A stretch of DNA of 64,000 nt, taken from the IMG/VR virus record IMGVR_UViG_3300023179_000080, positions 1 to 64,000 of that record. One strand, written 5' to 3'. The translations under genes and the position numbers were made by a program. The notes beneath the pieces were generated by a model. The model worked only from the letters and a program-made list of their open reading frames with translations. It did not search any database and was not told the DNA's origin. The stretch comes from a virus. Positions 17,800 to 26,028 of this stretch are shown here, in pieces; the stretch's first letter is position 1, and every line of letters begins with the position of its first letter.

Positions 17800-17961
17800 A
17801 TGAAGAACGAAGCCATCTACGAGATCGCATACTACACCCCCAAGGGCAAGCCCGGCCGGAAGCAGGTCCGTCAGTCACGGATGGTCCAGGAAGCTCGGAA
17901 GCTCCACGAGTCCGGGTACCACTGCATCCAGATCTCCGCCTACCCCCTGATCGAGGCCTGA
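17800..17961 (+). CDS. 53-aa protein, leaderless cassette
   Basis: Not in the ORF track; ATG at motif(17763)+37. Confidence 0.7.
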   Translation: MKNEAIYEIAYYTPKGKPGRKQVRQSRMVQEARKLHESGYHCIQISAYPLIEA

Positions 17962-17976
17962 CCCCCTTCGGGGGTC
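17960..17976 (+). terminator. cUUCGg tetraloop hairpin
   Basis: GACCCCC-TTCG-GGGGTC right after the stop codon; no U-tract. Confidence 0.4.
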
Positions 17977-18024
17977 TCCCCCGAACCAGTGCAAAGTTCA
18001 ACCGCAAAGTGGTATAGTTAATCC

Positions 18025-18192
18025 ATGGACATCATCAAGTATCGCATCACCTACCGCGACGCCATGGGCATGCCTGGGTTCAAGGATGTGCTTGCATCCC
18101 AAGTTTACAGGGCAGTGCAGAACCTCACCGACAAGGGTTACACCATGGTTGTAATCAATCCTGAGCCTCACATTGTGCAAAGTCATTCCTGA
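18025..18192 (+). CDS. 55-aa protein, leaderless cassette
   Basis: Not in the ORF track; ATG at motif(17988)+37. Confidence 0.7.
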   Translation: MDIIKYRITYRDAMGMPGFKDVLASQVYRAVQNLTDKGYTMVVINPEPHIVQSHS

Positions 18193-18210
18193 AAAGGGTA
18201 TAGTAGTCTC

Positions 18211-18633
18211 ATGAGCACACACTCCTACATCGGCATCCAGAATGACGAAGGCTCCATCCACGCGATCTACTGTCACTACGACGGCTACCTCGAAGGCGTC
18301 GGCGCGGACCTCCTCCAACACTGGTCGGACCCGGAGAAGCTGGGGCGGCTCATCGATCTGGGAGACCTCTCGGGCCTCGGTGACGACCTAGACACCACCC
18401 AGGCCTATGAGCGGGACTTCGGCGAGTCGAACGCCGGTTGCCGAGGCTTCTCCGACCTGGAGGAGCTTCGCTTCGAGGCCATGGGTGCGTACTCCTACGT
18501 CCTCACCCCGTCCGGTTGGATCTACTCCAACAACGGGGAGCGGTTCCGTCCCTTCCCGGCTGCCTTCGTGGCCAAGTATGCTCCCCAGCCTGAGCAGCTC
18601 TCCCTCCCGTTCCCCGCTGCCGAGCAGCACTGA
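18211..18633 (+). CDS. conserved phage-type hypothetical protein
   Basis: MSTHSYIG..IYCHYDGY motif; ATG at motif(18174)+37. Confidence 0.8.
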   Translation: MSTHSYIGIQNDEGSIHAIYCHYDGYLEGVGADLLQHWSDPEKLGRLIDLGDLSGLGDDLDTTQAYERDFGESNAGCRGFSDLEELRFEAMGAYSYVLTPSGWIYSNNGERFRPFPAAFVAKYAPQPEQLSLPFPAAEQH

Positions 18634-18673
18634 GTCCGTGCAAAGTCACGATTGAAAGATGTATACTGAGAAC

Positions 18674-19048
18674 ATGATCAAGAACGCCATCACGATCAAG
18701 GACCTGTCCAACACCTACCTCCACGCCAAGTTCAACGAGGTGGTCACCCTCTTCCGGGAGCTCAGCATCGCCACCGGCCTCGGTGCCGACGTCCTCATCC
18801 TGGAGGAGTTCGGCACCACCTTGGTCCAGAACTCGTGGAACGATGACGGGGGCTTCTACGTCCGTTACCGCCTCCATCCCCTGTACTCCCACATGCCCAA
18901 GCTGGTGGACGCCTCTCGGCTGGCCCAGGTCCGCTTCGCGGGCATCTTCGGCAAGTCCCAGTTCAAGGTCGACTTCGAGAACCCCGAGGACCGCAACGGG
19001 AACATCACGGTGTCCGTGGCCACGTGCTCTCACTCCATCGGCGACTGA
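18674..19048 (+). CDS. hypothetical protein, leaderless cassette
   Basis: ATG at motif(18637)+37. Confidence 0.75.
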   Translation: MIKNAITIKDLSNTYLHAKFNEVVTLFRELSIATGLGADVLILEEFGTTLVQNSWNDDGGFYVRYRLHPLYSHMPKLVDASRLAQVRFAGIFGKSQFKVDFENPEDRNGNITVSVATCSHSIGD

Positions 19049-19087
19049 GCGGTGCAAAGTTCAACGTGGAAAGTGTATACTGAATCC

Positions 19088-19246
19088 ATGGAACACGACG
19101 AGTTCAAAGACGACTGGCAGTACCTTCCATCACCTGAAGAACACACTCGGGAGTGCTGGGAGTGGTTCAGGGACATGATTGAAGATCGCCCGCATGCTGG
19201 ACGGACAGTGACTGACGCTGTACGATTCCTACAGCTCGCTGTATAG
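19088..19246 (+). CDS. 52-aa acidic protein, leaderless cassette
   Basis: ATG at motif(19051)+37. Confidence 0.7.
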   Translation: MEHDEFKDDWQYLPSPEEHTRECWEWFRDMIEDRPHAGRTVTDAVRFLQLAV

Positions 19247-19254
19247 TTAATCGC

Positions 19255-19425
19255 ATGAAGACACACCTAAGCAAGTTATTCAGAGATTCTCGCGGTGCCA
19301 CGATGGTCGAGTACGGCCTCATGCTCGCCCTCATCCTCGTCCTTGGATACATCGGCTATACACAGCTCGGCGCAAAGGTCAGCAAGGCCGGCAGCGACGC
19401 AACCGGTGCATTCGGCAGCCACTGA
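19255..19425 (+). CDS. flp: Flp-family (Tad) pilin
   Basis: MKTHLSKLFRDSRG/ATMVEYGLMLALILVLGYIG...: prepilin site G/A, E5-Y6, hydrophobic helix; 56 aa; not in the ORF track. Confidence 0.88.
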   Translation: MKTHLSKLFRDSRGATMVEYGLMLALILVLGYIGYTQLGAKVSKAGSDATGAFGSH

Positions 19426-19431
19426 CAGACC

Positions 19432-19743
19432 ATGAAGAAATTCTTCATAGCATCATTTCTCGTAGTAGCCTCTTGCGGAGACGATGTTCGGCCCAAGAGC
19501 ATCGATCCCATTGGGAGCAAGGATGCCTCTTTCGCTTACGTTGATTCCGGTCCGGTGGATCCTTGCGACCCACCTGTGGAAGGCTGTCCGTGCCTCGACG
19601 TGGGTGTTGGTGAACAGTTTTATTGCGGCGTTGTCTATCGAACCAGCGGCGATCATGTCGATTGTTCGAAGGGCTATCGAACCTGTCAAGATGACGGTGG
19701 GTGGGGTCCATGCCTGGGCGACACGGTCTGGGCAGGTGATTGA
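19432..19743 (+). CDS. Cys-rich lipoprotein
   Basis: Lipobox VASC; CDPPVEGCPC..CSKGYRTC..WGPC. Confidence 0.75.
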   Translation: MKKFFIASFLVVASCGDDVRPKSIDPIGSKDASFAYVDSGPVDPCDPPVEGCPCLDVGVGEQFYCGVVYRTSGDHVDCSKGYRTCQDDGGWGPCLGDTVWAGD

Positions 19744-19762
19744 CGTATTATCTATTGTTTAC

Positions 19763-19810
19763 GCAAAAACAAAAAGAAAGGATATCGGCCTTGTGCCGTA
19801 AGTTATTCAG
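19763..19810 (+). mobile_element. 48-bp miniature element: left-end/right-end fusion of the TnpB IS
   Basis: TTTAC|gcaaaAACAAAAAGAAAGGATATCGGCCTTGTGCC matches the LE (revcomp 27177-27206); CGGCCTTGTGCCGTAAGTTATTCAG matches the RE (revcomp 26029-26053). Confidence 0.85.
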
Positions 19811-19820
19811 CATCAAGAAT

Positions 19821-20060
19821 ATGCTGAGTGAAGGTATGCCCTCATACTCGGGATTGAGGACGATGCCTCAGGACGATCCTGAGCAGAGTTTCTTGCGTCA
19901 GACGCTTGCAGCAAATCAAGGACAAGAGGAAGTCGTCGTCCTCAAGGTGTCCCACCGGGTGGAAGACCCAGCTCTCAAGGCTGAGCTCCTCCGTCCCCGT
20001 AACATTGACGATTTTTTGAGTAACGCTGGGGGTGCAAAGCACCGCGGCGATGGAGTATAA
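19821..20060 (+). CDS. hypothetical protein
   Basis: ATG ORF after the mini-element. Confidence 0.5.
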   Translation: MLSEGMPSYSGLRTMPQDDPEQSFLRQTLAANQGQEEVVVLKVSHRVEDPALKAELLRPRNIDDFLSNAGGAKHRGDGV

Positions 20061-20067
20061 CTGTTAC

Positions 20068-20250
20068 ATGATCATCTTTCAAGTCTCTCCCGAAGACGTC
20101 ACACGTAGTTCGACTCTCGACAAGAACGACATCGGCAAGTGGTGTTTCACCGCAAACGGTTGCGTCATGGGGTTCTTTGATACCCGTGACGAAGCCGAAG
20201 ACGCTCTGTCTCGCCGACGTGTCCATCACATGAATGCGGAGTACCGATGA
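20068..20250 (+). CDS. hypothetical protein, leaderless cassette
   Basis: ATG at motif(20031)+37. Confidence 0.7.
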   Translation: MIIFQVSPEDVTRSSTLDKNDIGKWCFTANGCVMGFFDTRDEAEDALSRRRVHHMNAEYR

Positions 20251-20501
20251 GAGGCGCCGTCTCAATTAAGAAGATCGACAAACACGGATGGTTGGGTAGG
20301 ACCCTGCATCCTGAACCTCGCCACGAAGGTAGGATGGCTCTAGTCGAGTCAATCGAAAAAGTTGATCTGGACGAGGACGACACTGTTGACTACTATCTGA
20401 TTCGAGCAACCACCCTTACGGGTGAACGTCTCGAGCTGATGGAACATGAGATTGAATGGTTGGGCCCAGATTCTGAGCAGCCCGGATATACAACTGTTTG
20501 A
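20247..20501 (+). CDS. hypothetical protein
   Basis: ATGA-coupled ORF. Confidence 0.65.
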   Translation: MRGAVSIKKIDKHGWLGRTLHPEPRHEGRMALVESIEKVDLDEDDTVDYYLIRATTLTGERLELMEHEIEWLGPDSEQPGYTTV

Positions 20502-20504
20502 GTT

Positions 20505-20792
20505 GTGTTTATTTTTCATGTCACTCGAGTTGATCTTCCAGACTGGGATGAATACATCGATTTTGTAATGGTTGCACCGACGGCTGAAGTCGCCAAATAT
20601 ACACACCCATCAGCAAAAGACGCAAACATCTACAAGTGGTCTGATGAGACCCAGTCTTGGGTCTATGTTGACACAGGCAACTACGCTCCACACAATGGGT
20701 GGGTAGATCCCAGTAAAGTCGGCGTCAGACTCATAGGGATAGCTCACGACGTCACTACACGAATAATCACGACAAACTACAGATCAGGATAA
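20505..20792 (+). CDS. hypothetical protein
   Basis: In-operon ORF. Confidence 0.65.
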   Translation: MFIFHVTRVDLPDWDEYIDFVMVAPTAEVAKYTHPSAKDANIYKWSDETQSWVYVDTGNYAPHNGWVDPSKVGVRLIGIAHDVTTRIITTNYRSG

Positions 20793-20794
20793 CA

Positions 20795-20986
20795 ATGGCA
20801 ATTAAGAAAGAAATTCTCGACCTCGATAGCCTCATCGCTCGTGTCAAATACACTGAAATGTCAGCCTCACTTCGTGCTGAGCTCCTTGAAGCACTGGACG
20901 CATTCCGCGCTGTGAGAGATAAACAAACACCCAATCACGCTGCTACGACCTCGCACGAAGCTAATGTTCGTTCTTCACGTAAATAG
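20795..20986 (+). CDS. hypothetical protein
   Basis: AGGA SD then ATG. Confidence 0.6.
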   Translation: MAIKKEILDLDSLIARVKYTEMSASLRAELLEALDAFRAVRDKQTPNHAATTSHEANVRSSRK

Positions 20987-21224
20987 CTGGGGGTTTCATT
21001 AGTGACCGCTGACTGAGATCGTCGCCCACCCAAGTGACCAATTCACCCAACACGTACGTGCCCAAGTCCCTATAGACTTCGTACACAACGTCACCCTTTA
21101 AGACACGAAATTTGCGCGATCCATCAAGCTGTTCTTCGACCGTAAGGACAAGAACGAGTTGATCTCCTTCCCAGATGAGATCGCCTTGGCGCACGACGGC
21201 CATGGAGAGCCAATTGTCCTCCAT
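20961..21224 (-). CDS. hypothetical protein
   Basis: ATACTTA-ttgcc-ATG. Confidence 0.55.
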   Translation of the reverse strand: MEDNWLSMAVVRQGDLIWEGDQLVLVLTVEEQLDGSRKFRVLKGDVVYEVYRDLGTYVLGELVTWVGDDLSQRSLMKPPAIYVKNEH

Positions 21225-21263
21225 GGCAATAAGTATCAAAATCGCTAACGAACTTGATTAAAA

Positions 21264-21476
21264 ATGAAGATGCGAAGTATTCAACCAGGTCAAACTGTCA
21301 CGCTCTCCGAACAAAACGAATCCGCCGGGCTAGCAGATGATATTCTGCCCAAGACCGGGTCCAACAAGTTTACTCCTCAGATGGTTGGGACTGTGTTGGA
21401 GACTCGCACGTTTGTTCGTGTTATTGTAGGCACGACAGTCGGGTGGATCGATGAGACAAAGATCAAGATGGCATAG
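21264..21476 (+). CDS. SH3-like hypothetical protein
   Basis: GQTVTL..VRVIVGTTVGWI. Confidence 0.6.
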   Translation: MKMRSIQPGQTVTLSEQNESAGLADDILPKTGSNKFTPQMVGTVLETRTFVRVIVGTTVGWIDETKIKMA

Positions 21477-21617
21477 CCGAGATTCGATTGATGGCTACTA
21501 TCATCCACGCTTTGGTCATTCTATCACAGGCTGTTGCGGTCGTGGGTGCAGCGGTCGCGTGCGGCATCATCTTGATGTCGTTTGCTGAAACATTAGATCA
21601 CCGTGTACGGAGCAAAC

Positions 21618-21860
21618 ATGACGACACAAAACGACCCAAATAAACCCAAGGTATCAATATTCACTTACGTCGCGACTAAGCTATTTGCAGCAAGCTTGGT
21701 GCTAGCGATTAAATCTTTCATCGCAGAGTTTGCATGGAACTTGGGTGCTGGGGCACTTTTTAGCCTACCCAACATCAGTTTTAAAACTGCTTTTGCATTA
21801 GTGCTGCTGAGTGATGTACTATTCAAGGGAGTCACGAAGAGCATACCCGAGCTCGAATAA
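21618..21860 (+). CDS. small membrane protein
   Basis: GGAG SD; hydrophobic segments. Confidence 0.6.
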   Translation: MTTQNDPNKPKVSIFTYVATKLFAASLVLAIKSFIAEFAWNLGAGALFSLPNISFKTAFALVLLSDVLFKGVTKSIPELE

Positions 21861-21887
21861 TTAGTTTCTTGTCGCATAGTTTAAACT

Positions 21888-22112
21888 ATGCGGAGAACGA
21901 TCGACACTCCGTATTTTCGACGAGGGGATCTCGTTTCGTGGGAAGAATTCGATGTTGATAGCTTCAGCTCAGTCCCTAAGATAGGGATACTGCTGAGGTT
22001 CTACGAAGACTTCCAATACGAGACTCACGCTTTTGAAGTGTTGTTGACTACGGGTGACGTAGTGTACAAGGTGCTGCCCCTCGACGATCTTGAAGTTTTA
22101 TCTTCTGTGTAG
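21888..22112 (+). CDS. SH3-like hypothetical protein
   Basis: RGDLVSW..GILL..FEVL. Confidence 0.6.
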   Translation: MRRTIDTPYFRRGDLVSWEEFDVDSFSSVPKIGILLRFYEDFQYETHAFEVLLTTGDVVYKVLPLDDLEVLSSV

Positions 22113-22141
22113 AATCACATGTTGTAGTATAATTTGTCGTT

Positions 22142-22501
22142 ATGGCTCTTACGCCGGGTGAGATACAGCTTCTGCAGAGAGAAGTTGAGCATCTTCGAGA
22201 AGAAAACTTGACTCTAAGGGGAATGTTGGCCCGCTCGACAGCGTCGTGCTATTACTGCAGGCTTCCAGCCGGAAAAACGTCTGAATGCTCCCGTGGGTTT
22301 CCAGGTTGTCTCAGGATGGAAGATGCCATTCACGATCCCGGGTTCCTTGCGGGTGAGACCATCACCGCCGATGACGACGTCTTTGATAGACCCACGGTGC
22401 CTGACCTTGTTGCCCTCGACGCAGGACCATTCAAGAAGATCCCAGACACTGGTGTCTCAAGGATCGATCTCCACAATATTGACCCTGATGAAGATGAATA
22501 A
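22142..22501 (+). CDS. hypothetical protein with Cys cluster
   Basis: Coiled coil then CYYC..C..GFPGC. Confidence 0.65.
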   Translation: MALTPGEIQLLQREVEHLREENLTLRGMLARSTASCYYCRLPAGKTSECSRGFPGCLRMEDAIHDPGFLAGETITADDDVFDRPTVPDLVALDAGPFKKIPDTGVSRIDLHNIDPDEDE

Positions 22502-22502
22502 G

Positions 22503-22685
22503 ATGAAAGTATACGCAATCGACGAAGGTAAGAAGCCCAGCCGCATATTGGTCATGGTAGAATCAAGCGCGACCGAGAAGCCGCGGTGTGTAGCAGCAGT
22601 TCACACGAGTGAGGCTTATCTTGCGATTAAGAGGCTGATGGAAAGCGAAAATTCATCGATCGTACAGCATACAGTATATACATGA
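22503..22685 (+). CDS. hypothetical protein
   Basis: In-operon ORF. Confidence 0.5.
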   Translation: MKVYAIDEGKKPSRILVMVESSATEKPRCVAAVHTSEAYLAIKRLMESENSSIVQHTVYT

Positions 22686-22921
22686 AGCATCTACTCAGTG
22701 TCGTCGCAGCAGCTTTCTTCGCATCTCTCTCTGGATGCGCAGTCCGAGGACCGGTCGTTTACGACCCGTATTACACGCCGCAACCACGTTACTATGGCAG
22801 CTATTACTCACAACCAATCGTCGTTCCCGTGCCTTCGCAAGTGATCGCAGTCCCAGGTCATGTCTACGTTAGACCGGGCTGGGGTTACCGTGCACACGGC
22901 GGTCGCGGATGGCGTCATTGA
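22682..22921 (+). CDS. small lipoprotein with Tyr/Pro/Gly-rich tail
   Basis: Lipobox LSGC. Confidence 0.7.
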   Translation: MKHLLSVVAAAFFASLSGCAVRGPVVYDPYYTPQPRYYGSYYSQPIVVPVPSQVIAVPGHVYVRPGWGYRAHGGRGWRH

Positions 22922-22931
22922 GTTGTAGATC

Positions 22932-23312
22932 TTGACTACGTTTGACTATGGTATTGGGATGCTACAGATCCCAGAACGTGGTTTCTACGTCTACAACGAA
23001 GTAAAGTACGAAGAGTCAGAGAAAGCTCGATTGGGTAAAGCCTGGCAACGGGCCACCGGGATGGAGCCGGCAAGGGAGCCCAATCTCGAAAACCTCGATG
23101 ACCTACAGGTAATCTTCTGCACGGGCACAGAAGAAGTACACCATCAGTGGTGGCCGCGATATTTTGGCAAGAACTGGAAGCCACTATTGTGGATCTGCGA
23201 GGAGCTGTCGGGTCGCCTACAGACCGAGTGGGATCGATACGAAACAAGCCCGATTCCGTATGAGATCCCACCGTATAAACCGCCACGCAAACGTGGTAGA
23301 AATAAACTATGA
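22932..23312 (+). CDS. hypothetical protein
   Basis: In-operon ORF. Confidence 0.6.
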   Translation: MTTFDYGIGMLQIPERGFYVYNEVKYEESEKARLGKAWQRATGMEPAREPNLENLDDLQVIFCTGTEEVHHQWWPRYFGKNWKPLLWICEELSGRLQTEWDRYETSPIPYEIPPYKPPRKRGRNKL

Positions 23313-23548
23313 GTGAGAAGATCAACAAGGTCTGTATCGACAATCTGACGTCTTTTCTTGCGGACGGCGAGACTTTCACGAGTCTACACGGTTGCACAGT
23401 GCAGCTTTATTCGACACCCGCGCTACACGCGATCTGCTCAGGAGACAATGGGGTCATACCGGCAGAAACGTATGACCTGACAGATCCAAGCCATCTGCGA
23501 AAGTTGGCAGACTTAATCGAGAGCATCCCGAAAGACATGAGACAATGA
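23309..23548 (+). CDS. hypothetical protein
   Basis: ATGA-coupled ORF. Confidence 0.6.
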   Translation: MSEKINKVCIDNLTSFLADGETFTSLHGCTVQLYSTPALHAICSGDNGVIPAETYDLTDPSHLRKLADLIESIPKDMRQ

Positions 23549-23718
23549 AACTGAAGAAGAGAGTGAAGTTCTTCCTCGCGACCGCTGCGTTCTGCGCAGC
23601 GGTCGCTCCGATCGCGTACCTTTCAACCCATGACAAGGTATCATTCTATCTCTGGGTTGTGAGTTCAGGATCACTCCTCCTCCTTGCCGTGATTGCCCAC
23701 GCAGAGAATCAAAGATGA
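23545..23718 (+). CDS. 57-aa two-TM membrane protein
   Basis: ATGA overlaps on both sides; not in the ORF track. Confidence 0.6.
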   Translation: MKLKKRVKFFLATAAFCAAVAPIAYLSTHDKVSFYLWVVSSGSLLLLAVIAHAENQR

Positions 23719-23981
23719 TCTATCTTGTGCTTCTCGGTCTATTCGCAATCGTGCACATCATCTCACCTGCACAGGCAAAGATAGCGACTCATTTGTTGGC
23801 CCGAGGTTTTCTGTTCCCGGTTGTAACATTTGTGCTTGGTACGGTTGGGTGGGGAGTCGTCAACCTGTTTACGGATTTCTCACACCTTGATGCCATGAAT
23901 TGGCTCTACTGTTGTTCATTCTTCGGTCTCCCGGGAGCTGCCATCATCGCTTGGAGGCTACTTGACTCTGAAAATTCGTGA
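23715..23981 (+). CDS. membrane protein
   Basis: Three hydrophobic segments. Confidence 0.65.
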   Translation: MIYLVLLGLFAIVHIISPAQAKIATHLLARGFLFPVVTFVLGTVGWGVVNLFTDFSHLDAMNWLYCCSFFGLPGAAIIAWRLLDSENS

Positions 23982-24020
23982 GTGACAAATTGTCACTTGT
24001 TGAAATTGACTTTCAACAAG
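23981..24020. promoter_or_regulatory. tandem palindromes AGTGACAAATTGTCACT and CTTGTTGAAATTGACTTTCAACAAG
   Basis: The second is a variant of the 4176/4380 operator, upstream of the class-A box at 24028. Confidence 0.65.
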
Positions 24021-24063
24021 CAGACCCTGTGCAAAGTTTGCCCTGACTGAGGTACAGTGAATC

Positions 24064-24267
24064 ATGTCCTGGATCATCCAATACACGCAGCCCAACGGGC
24101 GCACGGTCACCCGCAACACCTTCGCCAACACGGCGGAGGAGCTCCAGCCCGCCGTGGCCGAGCTGCGCCGGCGGCACTGCTACATGATCGAGCTCATCGC
24201 CCGGGCACCTGGGGCAGGCATCCCGCGGAAGTGGCTCGACGACGACATCATGTGGCCACGGCGCTGA
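24064..24267 (+). CDS. hypothetical protein, leaderless cassette
   Basis: ATG at motif(24028)+36. Confidence 0.7.
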   Translation: MSWIIQYTQPNGRTVTRNTFANTAEELQPAVAELRRRHCYMIELIARAPGAGIPRKWLDDDIMWPRR

Positions 24268-24309
24268 AAAGTCGTGCAAAGTTCGAACCGAAAGAGGTAT
24301 ACTAGAACC

Positions 24310-24486
24310 ATGAACAACATCAAGATCGGCGACAAGGTGGTCCTCGGTGCGGTCAACGGCCTCGGTACCGGGATCTTCACGGTCCTAAAGGTGTACCACG
24401 GGGACCCGATCCACAAGCTCCTCGTGCAGGGATCCAACGGCCACGTGTGGTCGGCTCGGATCGAGGGCATCCGGGTCGTCGGGTGA
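24310..24486 (+). CDS. 58-aa KOW/SH3-like protein, leaderless cassette
   Basis: ATG at motif(24273)+37; IKIGDKVV. Confidence 0.7.
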   Translation: MNNIKIGDKVVLGAVNGLGTGIFTVLKVYHGDPIHKLLVQGSNGHVWSARIEGIRVVG

Positions 24487-24522
24487 GTGCAAAGTCCCAC
24501 CTGAAAAGGGTATAGTTAGACC

Positions 24523-25257
24523 ATGGCAATCACCAAGACTTCCTACGACAGCAAGACGGGCACCACTGTGGAAGAGACCTATTTCGCAGGTCGAGTGATC
24601 GAGGTCCGCCACTTCACGGAGACCCGCAACTGGTCGTCCACCCTGGACTACTCGGACTACCGCTCCACGGAGTGCACCGAGGCCCTGGTCTGGCTGGGCA
24701 CCCACAACTTCCCTCCTTACAGGAACACGACCAAGTCCGACCTGCGGGTGAACACGGGCTGCCTCAGCTCGGACGCCCACGGGACTCGTCGCGACCTGGA
24801 GTTCTTCGAGCAGTTCGCCTGGGTGGACTGCACCAACCTCTTCTCGGACCGCAACGGCTTCGCCCTGTCGGCCGCCGTCGACGTGAGCCAGACGGATGGC
24901 TCGGAACCCCTCCTATGGGCCAACTACATCGCCTTCCAGGCGTACATGGCCGCGAAGGCCGAGGCCGCCGCCAAAGCCGCTGCAGAGGAGGCTCGCATCG
25001 CCCGTGAGGAGGCCGCTGCCCGAGCAGCTCGCAAGGCCAAGCTGGCCGCCAACCGTGCCGCCAAGGAAGTGCCCCTCCGCGCTGCGGCGGAAGCCCGCCT
25101 CCGTCAGGCTCCGGCCAAGGGCACCACGGTCACCGTGGATGGCTTCACCGGCCGGGTCTTCTGGGCCGGGGTCAACAAGTTCCGGGGCAACTTCAAGGCT
25201 TCCTACGGGGTCAAGGATGCCCGGGGCACCGTCCGGTGGGTGGAGATACCTGCTTGA
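24523..25257 (+). CDS. hypothetical protein with C-terminal SH3-like domain
   Basis: ATG at motif(24486)+37; KGTTVTV..GRVFW..GTVRW. Confidence 0.8.
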   Translation: MAITKTSYDSKTGTTVEETYFAGRVIEVRHFTETRNWSSTLDYSDYRSTECTEALVWLGTHNFPPYRNTTKSDLRVNTGCLSSDAHGTRRDLEFFEQFAWVDCTNLFSDRNGFALSAAVDVSQTDGSEPLLWANYIAFQAYMAAKAEAAAKAAAEEARIAREEAAARAARKAKLAANRAAKEVPLRAAAEARLRQAPAKGTTVTVDGFTGRVFWAGVNKFRGNFKASYGVKDARGTVRWVEIPA

Positions 25258-25277
25258 ACCCGCAGTTCCTTGCAGCG

Positions 25278-25736
25278 ATGGCTGAGACAGCGTCGGGCAT
25301 CGTCCTATCCGTGCGGAAGACGACAGACCGTGAGGCACGAAGAGGCCTCCTGAGCCTCCTGCTCACCCTATGCAGGGGGATGCAGGACGTCGCCCCGAGG
25401 AACGCCTCAACTCGTGCACAGGCAAGAGCTCACAAGCTCGGTCTGGGTGACCTGAGAGTGTACAACTTCTATGACGGTGCTCGGTTCCCGGGTGGACGTA
25501 AAGCATCGATGATGCACTGGGAGCATTGGAAGCCAGCAGTGGACCTCAGAAATGAGATCCTTGCACTGACAAGCCCGACTCCCTCTGCTGTGGAGGGTAT
25601 CCTCAAGAATGCCCGGATTTGTTGGATCCTCTTGGAGGAGGCTGCATTCCTCAGGAAGCTGGGTCATAACACAGGTAGAGCCGACCCCGCAGAGTCCTAC
25701 AAGGCGGCGGGGATAGAGCTGGCATATCCTTGGTAG
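25278..25736 (+). CDS. hypothetical protein
   Basis: WEHWKP motif; start uncertain. Confidence 0.6.
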   Translation: MAETASGIVLSVRKTTDREARRGLLSLLLTLCRGMQDVAPRNASTRAQARAHKLGLGDLRVYNFYDGARFPGGRKASMMHWEHWKPAVDLRNEILALTSPTPSAVEGILKNARICWILLEEAAFLRKLGHNTGRADPAESYKAAGIELAYPW

Positions 25737-25773
25737 TGTGTAAAGTCTCATCGAAATACGGTATAGTAGAACC

Positions 25774-26007
25774 ATGAACAAAGACGCTCTCAAAATTGCT
25801 CTGGCACTGGAAGCTTCTGCGCGGCTCGTCGAGTCGGGTCGCAAAGACGTGGAGGTCCATTTCACAGAAGCTGAAGTGTTGTGGAGCGCGGCAGAATCCT
25901 TGGGTCTCGAAAAGGTGGTCGACAGCTACCTCTTTGGCTGGCAGATGGAGTCACGTAAGGCTGATTGTACAAATGCCGGCGTCGTCCCTGCTTCAAACAT
26001 GAACTGA
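25774..26007 (+). CDS. hypothetical protein, leaderless cassette
   Basis: ATG at motif(25737)+37. Confidence 0.7.
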   Translation: MNKDALKIALALEASARLVESGRKDVEVHFTEAEVLWSAAESLGLEKVVDSYLFGWQMESRKADCTNAGVVPASNMN

Positions 26008-26028
26008 CATGTGTGCAAAGTTCGGCCG

